Assembly: GCA_043821365.1 (NCBI GenBank)
Contig: JBDRCX010000006.1
Coordinates: forward strand, 576,001-640,000
Origin: Candidatus Micrarchaeota archaeon
GTDB taxonomy: Archaea > Micrarchaeota > Micrarchaeia > Anstonellales > Bilamarchaeaceae
DNA: 64,000 nt
Direction: 5' to 3'
Every line of letters starts with the position of its first letter. Position 1 is the stretch's first letter. Positions 38,712-47,937 of the stretch are shown one piece after another. A model generated the notes under the pieces. The model was not told the DNA's origin and did not search any database. It saw only the letters and a list, made by a program, of their open reading frames with translations. A program made the translations under genes and the position numbers.

Positions 38712-39204
38712 TTCGCTCCATGAGCAAAAAGGTTTTGTTGTTGCTTCTTCATTTCCTAAAGCAGATAAAGATGCAATTAGTGATGAAATAGAAGCTGGAG
38801 AAGCTCTTGTTGTGAGAGTTAAGGGGGATATTGAAAATCTTCAAAACCTGTTAAAAATAAAACCAAAAAAGATCATGATCTTTATTGCAGACGATACCAA
38901 GAGAAAAATATATTCTATTATAGCACGTGAGAAAGCATTTGATAAGATTATGAAGGTGGCATCTGCTGATCCTGAAATAAAAACGAAAATGGATATTGTA
39001 CAAAAAATGGCTAAGTCATTAGCAAAGAGTGTCCATTCACTTTCACCACCATCAAGTTCAAAAGAAGAACTAGAAGCAATTGAAAGTGCAGTTGATTTCT
39101 TTAAATCTGATTTTAATTGCGAAGTTGTTGTTGAATTAGAAAGTTCAAAACATGAACGAGCAAGAAATGCAATGCCTGGAAAACCTGCAATTGTTCTAGA
39201 GTGA
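38662..39204 (+). CDS. leuS: LeuRS C-terminal domain in +1 frame
   Basis: MLGQ...KGFVVASSFP and C-terminal KHERARNAMPGKPAIVLE typical of the archaeal LeuRS C-terminus (ORF track start 38641). Confidence 0.85.
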   Translation: MLGQNAKHSGLSRTASSSLHEQKGFVVASSFPKADKDAISDEIEAGEALVVRVKGDIENLQNLLKIKPKKIMIFIADDTKRKIYSIIAREKAFDKIMKVASADPEIKTKMDIVQKMAKSLAKSVHSLSPPSSSKEELEAIESAVDFFKSDFNCEVVVELESSKHERARNAMPGKPAIVLE

Positions 39205-39208
39205 ATTT

Positions 39209-39979
39209 ATGGATTTATTCTGGATCAAATTAATACTCTCATTCATTACTGGTGGCGTTTACATTGCATTTACTATTTTTTTATCAGAAAAATTCGGTTC
39301 TAAACTGGGGGGCATTATCCTTGGTTTACCTTCAACAACTCTGATTAGTTTGATCTTCATTGCATGGAGTCAAGATATGTCTGCAGTTGTTGGTGCGCTA
39401 CCAATAATACCCGCAGCAATATCACTTGCATCATTATTCACTGTTGTTTTCATGATGTTTTTTAAACATGGAATTAAAACAGCATTTTTAGTTGCTTTAT
39501 TAATTTGGGCCATCTGCGGTCTATCATTTATATTTTTGGAAATTACGTTTTTCCACTCAATTATTCTTGCTGCAATTATTTTTGCTGCTGCTATTTTATA
39601 TTTGCAAAAATTTCCACATACAAAACTTAAAAAAATCTCCACTTCTTTTCCAGAATTTTTCTACCGTTCGTTTTTTGCCGGAACTGTTATTGTGATCTCT
39701 GTTCTTATGAGCAAATTTATGGGACCGGTTTGGGGAGGTTTATTCGCTGTTTTCCCAGCAGCATTCTCATCTTCTTTGTTTCTACTATCAAATAAATATG
39801 GCTTTAATTTCACATCTTCTGTTGCCAGATCCATGCCATTTGGCAGTATTGGCACTGCAGTATTTGCTTTATCATTGTATTTCCTTATCTTATCACTAGA
39901 ATTTGTACCTGCCATAATCATTTCTTATGTGATTTCGCTTCTATATGCAATTATTATCTATAAATTTTATTTGAAATGA
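39209..39979 (+). CDS. Multi-pass membrane protein (DUF3147-like duplicated module)
   Basis: Two similar halves: GGIILGLPST / GGLFAVFPAA; about 8 hydrophobic segments. Confidence 0.65.
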   Translation: MDLFWIKLILSFITGGVYIAFTIFLSEKFGSKLGGIILGLPSTTLISLIFIAWSQDMSAVVGALPIIPAAISLASLFTVVFMMFFKHGIKTAFLVALLIWAICGLSFIFLEITFFHSIILAAIIFAAAILYLQKFPHTKLKKISTSFPEFFYRSFFAGTVIVISVLMSKFMGPVWGGLFAVFPAAFSSSLFLLSNKYGFNFTSSVARSMPFGSIGTAVFALSLYFLILSLEFVPAIIISYVISLLYAIIIYKFYLK

Positions 39980-40534
39980 TCATATGGGGCCTATGGGTTT
40001 CATACTATTTGCTCTCCATGGTGAATCATTACTTTCAGGCATCATTGGTAAACAGTCGTCTGGTAATGGAATCAAAGCCGGAAAGCTCAGTTCTTCAGCA
40101 GTCTGACCAACAAATTCAATTGCATTTTTACTTCCAGATATTCTGGCAAGATTTGATGCAACATCCATCATAGGAGGAGAAACTGCAATTGCCATTCCAT
40201 CTTCTCCGCCACAAATAGTCACAGTCAAAGTTAATTCTTTACCATCAAATTCAGGCATTATTCTTGGTGCCTTTCCCTTTTCAACTACTATTGGTAAACT
40301 AAGCATATCCATTTCTGCTCTTTCTTCTGTTGGAAGACATTCTGGCACCATTGGCATTACAATCCCACTGGTAAATTGAACTTTTGCAGTGGCAGCTGTT
40401 CTTATTGCTTCTACAGCTACTGCTTGTTTGAATCTGTTTAATTCTGTTCTTGTGGAATGTGCTTGATAACCTAAAACAGCAGCCGCCCCCACAGCAACAG
40501 CTAATCCTACTCCTAGTCGCCTATTTGTTACCAT
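39980..40534 (-). CDS. Hypothetical protein with N-terminal signal anchor
   Basis: RRLGVGLAVAVGAAAVLG; fills the gap between convergent genes; GGTGA-like RBS upstream. Confidence 0.6.
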   Translation of the reverse strand: MVTNRRLGVGLAVAVGAAAVLGYQAHSTRTELNRFKQAVAVEAIRTAATAKVQFTSGIVMPMVPECLPTEERAEMDMLSLPIVVEKGKAPRIMPEFDGKELTLTVTICGGEDGMAIAVSPPMMDVASNLARISGSKNAIEFVGQTAEELSFPALIPLPDDCLPMMPESNDSPWRANSMKPIGPI

Positions 40535-40624
40535 TCAAAAGTCACCATTGTTTTACCTATTATATAACAAACAACCTTTTTTAAATAGTGTTACAAGAAG
40601 TCAATTTGTAAGAAGGAGAATTAT

Positions 40625-41644
40625 ATGAAATTTCTTAAAGTCCAAAAAAAAGATGCTGAAAAAATACGTAAGGAACTAATTTCCAATGAGATTCTTTCAT
40701 CAGAATATTCCGTAATTCAAGATGAAGGAGTTGTACTATTCCCCGTAATTAAAAACTATCTGAATTTTGAAATTATTGAACGTAATGTGAAAAAAAAACA
40801 ACATAAACCAAAAAATCTAAAGGATGAATTATCAAAATTACTTACTGAAAAAGAATCTGAACTGCTTGTTACTTCTTTTGATATCATAGGTGATATTGCC
40901 ATTGTTGAAATCCCAGAAGAACTAATTTTAAAACAACAAAAAATTGGGGAAACAATTCTACAAATCCATAAAAATGTCAAAACAGTTCTAAAAAAATTAG
41001 GGCCAATGGAAGGAGAATACAGAGTCAGAAAACTTGAGGTTATTGCAGGTGAGGATAGAACAGAAACAGTTTACAAGGAAAATGGAGCTCTAATGAAGCT
41101 TGATCTTGCAAAAGTCTATTTCTCTGTTCGATTGGCATTTGAACGTTTACGTATTGCCAATCTGGTTAAACCAAACGAGAAAGTTCTTGTTCTTTTTGCA
41201 GGTGTCGGACCATTTGCATTTGTAATAAGCAAAAAACATCCTGGTGCTAAAATTACTGCAGTTGAACTGAATCCAGATGCAGTTGCCTATATGAATGAGA
41301 ACATAAAACTAAATCATATGACAAATATTAACGCAATTGAATGCGATGCAAGAAATTTCAATGAGAAAAATTTCGACAGAATCATAATGCCATTACCAAA
41401 ATCCGGTCACGAATTTCTAGATGTTGCATTTTCTTCAATTAAAAGCGGTGGCACAATTCATTTCTATTCTTGGGCAGATGCAAAAAATCCATTTGCAGAA
41501 CCAATGAAAAAAGCAAAAGAAATCGCACAAAAAAGCAATGTTTTTATTGAATTTGAAAATATTCGTATTGTCCGTCCCTATGCCCCCAACATTGTCCAGG
41601 TTGTTCTTGATATTTTAGTAAGCACCAATCAAAAATCCAAATAA
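40625..41644 (+). CDS. trm5: Trm5/TYW2-family tRNA methyltransferase
   Basis: SFDIIGDIAI, KVYFSVRL..ER, LFAGVGPF, ELNPDA, DRIIMPLP. Confidence 0.85.
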   Translation: MKFLKVQKKDAEKIRKELISNEILSSEYSVIQDEGVVLFPVIKNYLNFEIIERNVKKKQHKPKNLKDELSKLLTEKESELLVTSFDIIGDIAIVEIPEELILKQQKIGETILQIHKNVKTVLKKLGPMEGEYRVRKLEVIAGEDRTETVYKENGALMKLDLAKVYFSVRLAFERLRIANLVKPNEKVLVLFAGVGPFAFVISKKHPGAKITAVELNPDAVAYMNENIKLNHMTNINAIECDARNFNEKNFDRIIMPLPKSGHEFLDVAFSSIKSGGTIHFYSWADAKNPFAEPMKKAKEIAQKSNVFIEFENIRIVRPYAPNIVQVVLDILVSTNQKSK

Positions 41645-42454
41645 CAAACTGATTAACATGCCTGCAACTATTGGAGGCAATGCTGGCAGAACCATCTTCT
41701 TTTTGTAAACAAGTCCTATGAAAAGTCCAAATGATATCACTGCACCCAAGAATACGAAGATGGATGCAATAGGATTAAATGAAAGTGTTGCAACTTCAAG
41801 CATTACTGGTGCAACAAGATCTCCAGTTCCAAGGTCTATTCTTTGTTCTTTGTGCCCTCTTTTTTCGGGAGGGGCCTTTGCAGTCACAGTAAATGCAAAA
41901 TCTTTCTGCACCACAAAATTGGCCATCTCAACCATGTGTTTTGTCTTAAAGACTGCAATAAAATCATATACTGAAAGCAAAATTAGAAATAAAACAAGAG
42001 GAAAAATCCCCAATGAGACTCCGAAAATAGTTCCCACACCTGCAGTTGCCATAATAGCAGCTGAGTTTTTCAATTGTGGGTATTTGATTCTAAGACCTGA
42101 GAATATTAACCCAGCTAAGATACCAATCGCGGTACTTAGCTCCATGTCAAAAACAAGTCTTGATATTGCATATATTGTTATTGAACTGGCACTTGCAATC
42201 ATGAAAAATTCCATGATTCTGAATAAAATTGGGAATAATGAAAATTTTCTTATTAAAAGAACCATGACTATTGCTCCAAGTAGTATGTACAACAGAAAAA
42301 ATACTGCATTCATTGGGTCATCAGCATTGTTTGTTACTACCATGCTGTTTACATATGGATTTTCATCAATATCCTGCAATATGGTTGCTCCAGTAAAAAC
42401 ACCAAGAATTTGTGCTACTATGAATAAACATAGCATTGTAACTAGGAGCCTCAT
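41615..42454 (-). CDS. Presenilin/SPP-type GxGD intramembrane aspartic protease
   Basis: YD in TM, LGTGD, PALPP. Confidence 0.88.
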   Translation of the reverse strand: MRLLVTMLCLFIVAQILGVFTGATILQDIDENPYVNSMVVTNNADDPMNAVFFLLYILLGAIVMVLLIRKFSLFPILFRIMEFFMIASASSITIYAISRLVFDMELSTAIGILAGLIFSGLRIKYPQLKNSAAIMATAGVGTIFGVSLGIFPLVLFLILLSVYDFIAVFKTKHMVEMANFVVQKDFAFTVTAKAPPEKRGHKEQRIDLGTGDLVAPVMLEVATLSFNPIASIFVFLGAVISFGLFIGLVYKKKMVLPALPPIVAGMLISLLFGFLIGAY

Positions 42455-42460
42455 GTTTGC

Positions 42461-45400
42461 TTATTCGCCCACAATCTTTATATGCCCATACTCTTTTTCA
42501 TAAACCACTCCTTTACGGAGCAGTTCTGCTATAATTCTTCTTGCATTTGTTTCATCTATATCATAGGATTTGGCATCAGAAATTACTTGCTCGACATCAG
42601 CAGTATCATGCTTTCTCAAATGTTCTTTTATTATCTCCATTATTGTATCTGCTTTTTGGAGTTTTTCTCTTTCTGATCTTGGTTTTCCTGTTGCAACAAC
42701 ATCAATATCAAAGGTACCAGTGACCTTATCAGTCATAATCTGGGCCATTACATAATTGAACAAGGATATTGCAACTTCTGCATCTTCTTCTTCAACACTA
42801 TCATTAAGCCTCATTTTTGCATTTGCTTCAGCCAATCTAACAAGTCCCTCTAAGTATCTGGGGGTAATTGCAACTGATCCTGCATCTTTGCTTTTTCTTC
42901 TTAATTCAACATAAAAATCCTTTATTTTCTGTGATGCAGGTGTTGTTAGCTTTGGAGAAATCTTTCTTCTTGCATACGAAATATATTTTCGTAATAATTC
43001 TCTATCAAATTCTTCTCCATCCTCTTGACTATCTCCTCTGTGTGTTGCAAGAATATATTCAGCTAATTTTGTATCCTTTTCTTCGTCAAGAACGTCAACA
43101 ATTGGAAATATTAAATCAAATCTTGAAAGTAATGTGGGTGGAACATCAAACTGGTCTGCAAGATTTTTGGTTTGGTCAAATCTTCCGTATTTGGGATTTG
43201 CTGCTGCGAGTATGGATGTTTTTGTTCTGAATTTTGCAACAATACCTGCCTTGGCCACACTCACAGTATTATGTAGTATCGTGCATTCAGAAATGAATGA
43301 CTGGCTTGGTTGTACGGTGACATCATATGCCCATTGTTGATCTACATTGTCAATTTTTTCAACATCCTTAACTGCAACAAATCCAATCTCACCAATTGCA
43401 AATCTCTCAAGATATGTGAACTCTTTTTCGCGTTCTAATCTGCTTTCTATCAATAATCTAAGTCCTTGTTTGTATTTCTCTTCTGAAATTAATCTTTTCT
43501 CCCAATATCCAATCGTTGCTCTGCTGACACCTAATACCTCTGCCAAATCCTGTTGTGAAAATCCAAGCATCATTCTAGCATTAATGCTTTTTTTGTAATC
43601 ATATCTATTTATTCTTTCCGTCTCACTTTTTATCTGTTCAATTCTGCTACGTATCAAATCACATATCCTCGTAAAATTTCTTCGTGTGAATGCATAACCT
43701 TTTTTCTGCGAATCTAATCCATATCCAAGACAATTCTCATTTATCTTGAAAATTTTGAGCATTTTTACAACTGCGTTAATGCAATTTGGTATGACATCAA
43801 CCGTGTTTCTGTGCACTGTACTATTCTTCAGATACTCAATAATGCGTTGTTTTTTTCTTTTCGATAGGAAACCAATGTATGTAAGGTATTTCTGAAGGTT
43901 CTCTCTTCCAGTTATTGTCAATCTAAATAACTGACCATCTACAAAGATATGACTACGTATTCCAAATCTAAGTAAAAGAGTTTGAACTTGTTCTATGAAT
44001 GTTCTGTTTTCACCCACCAAACCAACATAATCGTGTGTGAATGTCCCATCAGAATCGAAAATAGCTCTAAGCATAGTTGATATTGATTCTTTTGGTGCTG
44101 ACATATATTGTTGGGGTATTATTTTTTTATTACCTTTTAACATTAAATTAGATTCAATTTTAGTTATCTGATGTACTACTGGCATTGAAATTACTCGTAC
44201 TGATGTGACTCCAGTTTCTGGTCTTGTTCTGATATATGCTGATTTGTTGAATGTACTCTCTACTGCTTCTTGGTAATCTTCAATAAGATCATCATCCTTA
44301 TTGTAGAAGTTTATTCCATTTTTTGTGCCCCTATTGAGTTCATATCCTCCATCCGTTATATGGTATCCAACTATCTTGAATCGATTTATATCATCGTTAT
44401 TTTTTGACTCAATAATTGGTAATGTTCGAGGCATTAAAGTATAATCATCAGTATCAAGTTCGTTGGCTGGTTTTGTTTTTACAATTCCATCCTCAACAAT
44501 CCAAAAAGGATGTTCTGGGGTAACCATCAATTCCCTTCCGGTTTGTAATTTTACTTTTATAAAATATTCCGGTGCTTTGTGCTTGCTAATCTGATAAGGT
44601 GTGGTGGGGTATACCTTTTCAAAATCAGTGCTTAATATCTTTGTATTTGATATCCCTTCTCTTAGGATAATACAGTCATTTCCATTTATTAGATGCTCTC
44701 TATGTTTGACCATTAAGTCCTCTACAAATTTTCCAATTTCAATTTCTTTACCATCTGCTAGCATTAATTTTGTCCTATAATGGTAACTCTGAGTTTCCAT
44801 AGCTTCATGCAATGCTGCTCTATCATCTTCTTCAATTTTGTCAAATTCATCCACCTGGGCAGTTCCACCGCTTGCAAGAACAAGTGCACCTGCTTTAAGT
44901 GTCCACCCTCCTTCTCCTAATTCATCTTTTTCTGCAGATACTGTTAAACCTGCACCAGAAACACTTTTTCCACTAACATAAATGCTTTTTGGTGCAATTT
45001 CAGAGACACTTTGAAGAAAACGACTTTTTGCAATACCAGGATCACCTATAAGCAAAATATGTATGTCATCACGTATTTGCAATCCACCCTTCATTATTTT
45101 GCCCCTAGTCCCTCCAAAAAGCTGAAGTGTTAGTGCTTTTTTTACTTCGTTATGCCCATAAATAGACGGTGCAATTGATTTTACTAGTATTTCATTTATA
45201 TTTGGGTTTTTTGCAAGTTCTTTTAGTCTTCTTTCATCGTCTTTTGATATCTCAATCTCTTCAAAATCTCTTTTCAGACTTTTCGAACTGTTAACTTCTA
45301 TGTATCTGCTGTAGATCATCTCTTGTTTTTGTCTTGTTTTTATTGGTGGTTTTAATCTTAATATACCCACAACTTCAATGTTGTCTCCTGGTGCAATTTT

Positions 45401-46018
45401 ATTCACCAGGTCATCTTCCATTAACAACTCTATGTGTGCTGCGGGTGCTCCTCCTCTTATTCTTTCTAGTAATTCCTGAACCTCTGCTCTTTGGATATCT
45501 GTAAATGTACTTTCTTCTTCAGCTTGCTGAAGTGCAAATTTCTTACAACTTTCACATCTTTTAGGTGGAACAAAATTCTTACTAACAAAGAGTTTCATTT
45601 CAGCATCGCAAAGGGTGCATTTGTAAACTGCAACCTTGACCCGGTGCATAATTTCTGCTCTTTTTGTTACAACACATTTGAATGCTACAAGTTCGTTTAT
45701 ATCCTTGGAACCAATCCCTTCTATCCAGACATTTTCTGATGGCATCTCACTAAATCTAATGTTGGGTGCAAAAATTGCTCCAGTTGCAATGGAAAGGTTC
45801 AATTGTTTTATCGCATCTTTTGCTGCTTCAATAATAAGATCTGGTGATTTGATCAGGGCATCAGCCATATCTGGATCAAATTTTTCCAAATCAGCATAAC
45901 TAACATATAAACTTTTTTGGGTTGGGTAGACTGCCAAAAGGTCATCTATTTTCGATTTATAAATAGTTGTGAAGAAGTCGGTGAATACCGCTATTTGTGA
46001 CGACAAATCAACTTCCAT
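42461..46018 (-). CDS. mcm: MCM replicative helicase containing an intein
   Basis: Zn finger, Walker A GDPGIAKS, GLT, Walker B DEFDK, AAANP, LLSRFD, arginine finger TPRYLE, C-terminal wHTH. Confidence 0.96.
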   Translation of the reverse strand: MEVDLSSQIAVFTDFFTTIYKSKIDDLLAVYPTQKSLYVSYADLEKFDPDMADALIKSPDLIIEAAKDAIKQLNLSIATGAIFAPNIRFSEMPSENVWIEGIGSKDINELVAFKCVVTKRAEIMHRVKVAVYKCTLCDAEMKLFVSKNFVPPKRCESCKKFALQQAEEESTFTDIQRAEVQELLERIRGGAPAAHIELLMEDDLVNKIAPGDNIEVVGILRLKPPIKTRQKQEMIYSRYIEVNSSKSLKRDFEEIEISKDDERRLKELAKNPNINEILVKSIAPSIYGHNEVKKALTLQLFGGTRGKIMKGGLQIRDDIHILLIGDPGIAKSRFLQSVSEIAPKSIYVSGKSVSGAGLTVSAEKDELGEGGWTLKAGALVLASGGTAQVDEFDKIEEDDRAALHEAMETQSYHYRTKLMLADGKEIEIGKFVEDLMVKHREHLINGNDCIILREGISNTKILSTDFEKVYPTTPYQISKHKAPEYFIKVKLQTGRELMVTPEHPFWIVEDGIVKTKPANELDTDDYTLMPRTLPIIESKNNDDINRFKIVGYHITDGGYELNRGTKNGINFYNKDDDLIEDYQEAVESTFNKSAYIRTRPETGVTSVRVISMPVVHQITKIESNLMLKGNKKIIPQQYMSAPKESISTMLRAIFDSDGTFTHDYVGLVGENRTFIEQVQTLLLRFGIRSHIFVDGQLFRLTITGRENLQKYLTYIGFLSKRKKQRIIEYLKNSTVHRNTVDVIPNCINAVVKMLKIFKINENCLGYGLDSQKKGYAFTRRNFTRICDLIRSRIEQIKSETERINRYDYKKSINARMMLGFSQQDLAEVLGVSRATIGYWEKRLISEEKYKQGLRLLIESRLEREKEFTYLERFAIGEIGFVAVKDVEKIDNVDQQWAYDVTVQPSQSFISECTILHNTVSVAKAGIVAKFRTKTSILAAANPKYGRFDQTKNLADQFDVPPTLLSRFDLIFPIVDVLDEEKDTKLAEYILATHRGDSQEDGEEFDRELLRKYISYARRKISPKLTTPASQKIKDFYVELRRKSKDAGSVAITPRYLEGLVRLAEANAKMRLNDSVEEEDAEVAISLFNYVMAQIMTDKVTGTFDIDVVATGKPRSEREKLQKADTIMEIIKEHLRKHDTADVEQVISDAKSYDIDETNARRIIAELLRKGVVYEKEYGHIKIVGE
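43268..44788 (-). mobile_element. Intein (about 507 aa) with LAGLIDADG homing endonuclease and XRE-type HTH
   Basis: Inserted at EAMETQ|TVSVAKAG; starts SYHY, ends ILHN followed by Thr; TPEHPF block B; GYHITDGG and RAIFDSDG LAGLIDADG-like motifs; SQQDLAEVLGVSRATIGYWE HTH. Confidence 0.93.
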
Positions 46019-46099
46019 AACCTCCCTCAGATCTATTTTAGGAATAGTGGAAGTTTATATCCTTTTAGTTTATTAAACCTGCGCTATTTGCTAAAAAAG

Positions 46100-46107
46100 T
46101 TTAAATA
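46100..46107 (+). promoter_or_regulatory. Putative TATA box for apgM
   Basis: TTTAAATA about 22 nt before the ATG, in the divergent mcm/apgM gap. Confidence 0.45.
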
Positions 46108-46128
46108 CATCATCATATAGGTGATTTT

Positions 46129-47316
46129 ATGAAAAAAGCAATTCTCGTTATACTTGATGGTTTAGGAGACCTTCCAACACCGAAAACACCACTTCAAGTA
46201 GCAAAGATACCGAATATGAATCGTTTGGCTAAAAATGGTATTACTGGCATGCTCAGTCCACTTAAAAAGTTTATTATTCCTGGTAGTGACACCTCGCACC
46301 TTGCAATTCTTGGGTTTGATCCATCTGTTTTCTATTTTGGTAGGGGTCCATTTGAAGCTCTTGGGCTTGGTATCAAACTCAATCCAGGTGATGTTGCATT
46401 CAGAGCAAATTTCGCAACTCTCGAGAATAATAAGGTTGTTGATCGAAGGGCAGGAAGAATTACAACATCTATTGCATCTTCTTTAGTAAAATATCTACCA
46501 AAAAAAATTGATGATGTTGAAATCATCTTCAAAAATTCAGTTGAACATAGGGGAGCACTTGTTCTTCGGGGCAATGGCCTTAGTAGTAATGTGAGTGAGA
46601 CTGACCCCCATTCTATTTCTCAGATGCATGAATGCCAACCACTTGATGACAGCCCAGAGGCAAGGAAAACAGCAACTATTGTTAATAAATTCACAAAACT
46701 TGCAATTCAAGCATTATCGTCTGTTCCAGAAAATAAAAATTTAAAGAAAAAAGCAAATGCAATACTTTTGAGAGGCGCAGGAATGTATTCAGAAGCACCA
46801 TCATTTTACGAAAGATTCGGTCTTCTGGGTGCATGTATAGCAGGTGGTGCGCTCTACAGGGGCGTTGCAAGTTTTATGGGAATGGATATCATCATGGTTG
46901 CAGGAGATACTGGGGACAAGGATACTGATCTTGAAGCTAAAGCAAATGCAACTGTAAAAGCCGCTGAAAAATATGATTTTATATTTTTACATATCAAAAT
47001 GTGCGATAGTTTTAGCCATGATGGTGATTTTGAAGGAAAGAAGAAAGCGTTGGAAAAAATAGACAAAATAATCCCAATCCTAGAAAAAACAAATGCAGCA
47101 ATCATACTCACAGGAGACCATTCAACCCCGTGCAGTCTCAAAAAGCATTCTGGTCATGAAGTTCCCATTCTTGTTTATGGTGGCGAAAGATATGACAATG
47201 TCAAAAAATTTGATGAAATAAGCTGTGCACAAGGTGGTTTGGGACATATTAGGGGCAAGGATATAATTCCACTAGTTCTGAATATTATCGGGAAAGCAGA
47301 AAAGTATGGTAGTTAG
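46129..47316 (+). CDS. apgM: 2,3-bisphosphoglycerate-independent phosphoglycerate mutase
   Basis: ILDGLGD, PGSDTSHL, GRGPFEALG, DRRAGR, HDGD, TGDHSTP, HSGHEVP. Confidence 0.93.
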   Translation: MKKAILVILDGLGDLPTPKTPLQVAKIPNMNRLAKNGITGMLSPLKKFIIPGSDTSHLAILGFDPSVFYFGRGPFEALGLGIKLNPGDVAFRANFATLENNKVVDRRAGRITTSIASSLVKYLPKKIDDVEIIFKNSVEHRGALVLRGNGLSSNVSETDPHSISQMHECQPLDDSPEARKTATIVNKFTKLAIQALSSVPENKNLKKKANAILLRGAGMYSEAPSFYERFGLLGACIAGGALYRGVASFMGMDIIMVAGDTGDKDTDLEAKANATVKAAEKYDFIFLHIKMCDSFSHDGDFEGKKKALEKIDKIIPILEKTNAAIILTGDHSTPCSLKKHSGHEVPILVYGGERYDNVKKFDEISCAQGGLGHIRGKDIIPLVLNIIGKAEKYGS

Positions 47317-47356
47317 CTTAAATAATTTTGAGCAAATCAAAAATATAATAAAAATA

Positions 47357-47375
47357 AAGGGGTTCCGAACCCCTT
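47357..47375. terminator. Hairpin between convergent apgM and pilin genes
   Basis: AAGGGGTTC-C-GAACCCCTT inverted repeat with A/T-rich flanks. Confidence 0.55.
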
Positions 47376-47382
47376 AAACAAA

Positions 47383-47925
47383 CTATTCTGATTGTACTGT
47401 ACCAGTCAATGTTGCAACTGCAAGTCTTTCTGGTGCTCCAGCAATATCATCGGTTCTTGTGTATCTTACAGCTAAAGAACCTTTGAAATTGGAATTTGCA
47501 CCTAAGATAACAGCATCGCCATTTTCATCATAACATGGTACTGCGAGTGTACTATTGAATGCCTTTCCTGCACCTGATGCAAACTGGAATGTTCCTCCAG
47601 GCGGAGTTTGTATTGCGCTCTTGTTTATGTTTCCTGAAGGCTGTGTAGTACACATAACTCCAGTAATATTTATTGCAGCGCCTTGATCATTTGTGAGATA
47701 AAACAATACTTCAACTGAATTATCTGCAGTGTTTGATACTAGCACATGTTGTTTCTGATTGCAGCTGAAACCAGGTTGAGTAAACTGACACTCTTCTGGA
47801 GGTTTAAGTGCAGGAATAACAACTGCAACAAGTATACCTAGAACCACCAAGATCACGAATAAGGCAAGACCGTATGTTATAAGATATTCCATTACCGCTT
47901 GTCCTTTTTTGTTTCTAAATTTCAT
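47383..47925 (-). CDS. Archaeal type IV pilin
   Basis: KKG/QAVMEYLITYGLALFVIL class III signal peptide; conserved CQFTQPGFSC. Confidence 0.88.
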   Translation of the reverse strand: MKFRNKKGQAVMEYLITYGLALFVILVVLGILVAVVIPALKPPEECQFTQPGFSCNQKQHVLVSNTADNSVEVLFYLTNDQGAAINITGVMCTTQPSGNINKSAIQTPPGGTFQFASGAGKAFNSTLAVPCYDENGDAVILGANSNFKGSLAVRYTRTDDIAGAPERLAVATLTGTVQSE

Positions 47926-47937
47926 ATCATAACCTCA

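Noticed and set aside
38655-38735. Canonical -1 slippery heptamer or single bulge-helix-bulge intron in leuS
   Set aside because: GGGAAAA is not in the X_XXY_YYZ register of the leuS frame and the needed shift is +1/-2. A single 55-nt excision gives junctions (WELHEQKG, WENHEQKG) that lose the conserved LG.
41615-42454. Prepilin peptidase for the pilin clusters
   Set aside because: The YD/GxGD/PAL motifs indicate the presenilin/SPP family rather than PibD/FlaK A24 peptidases.
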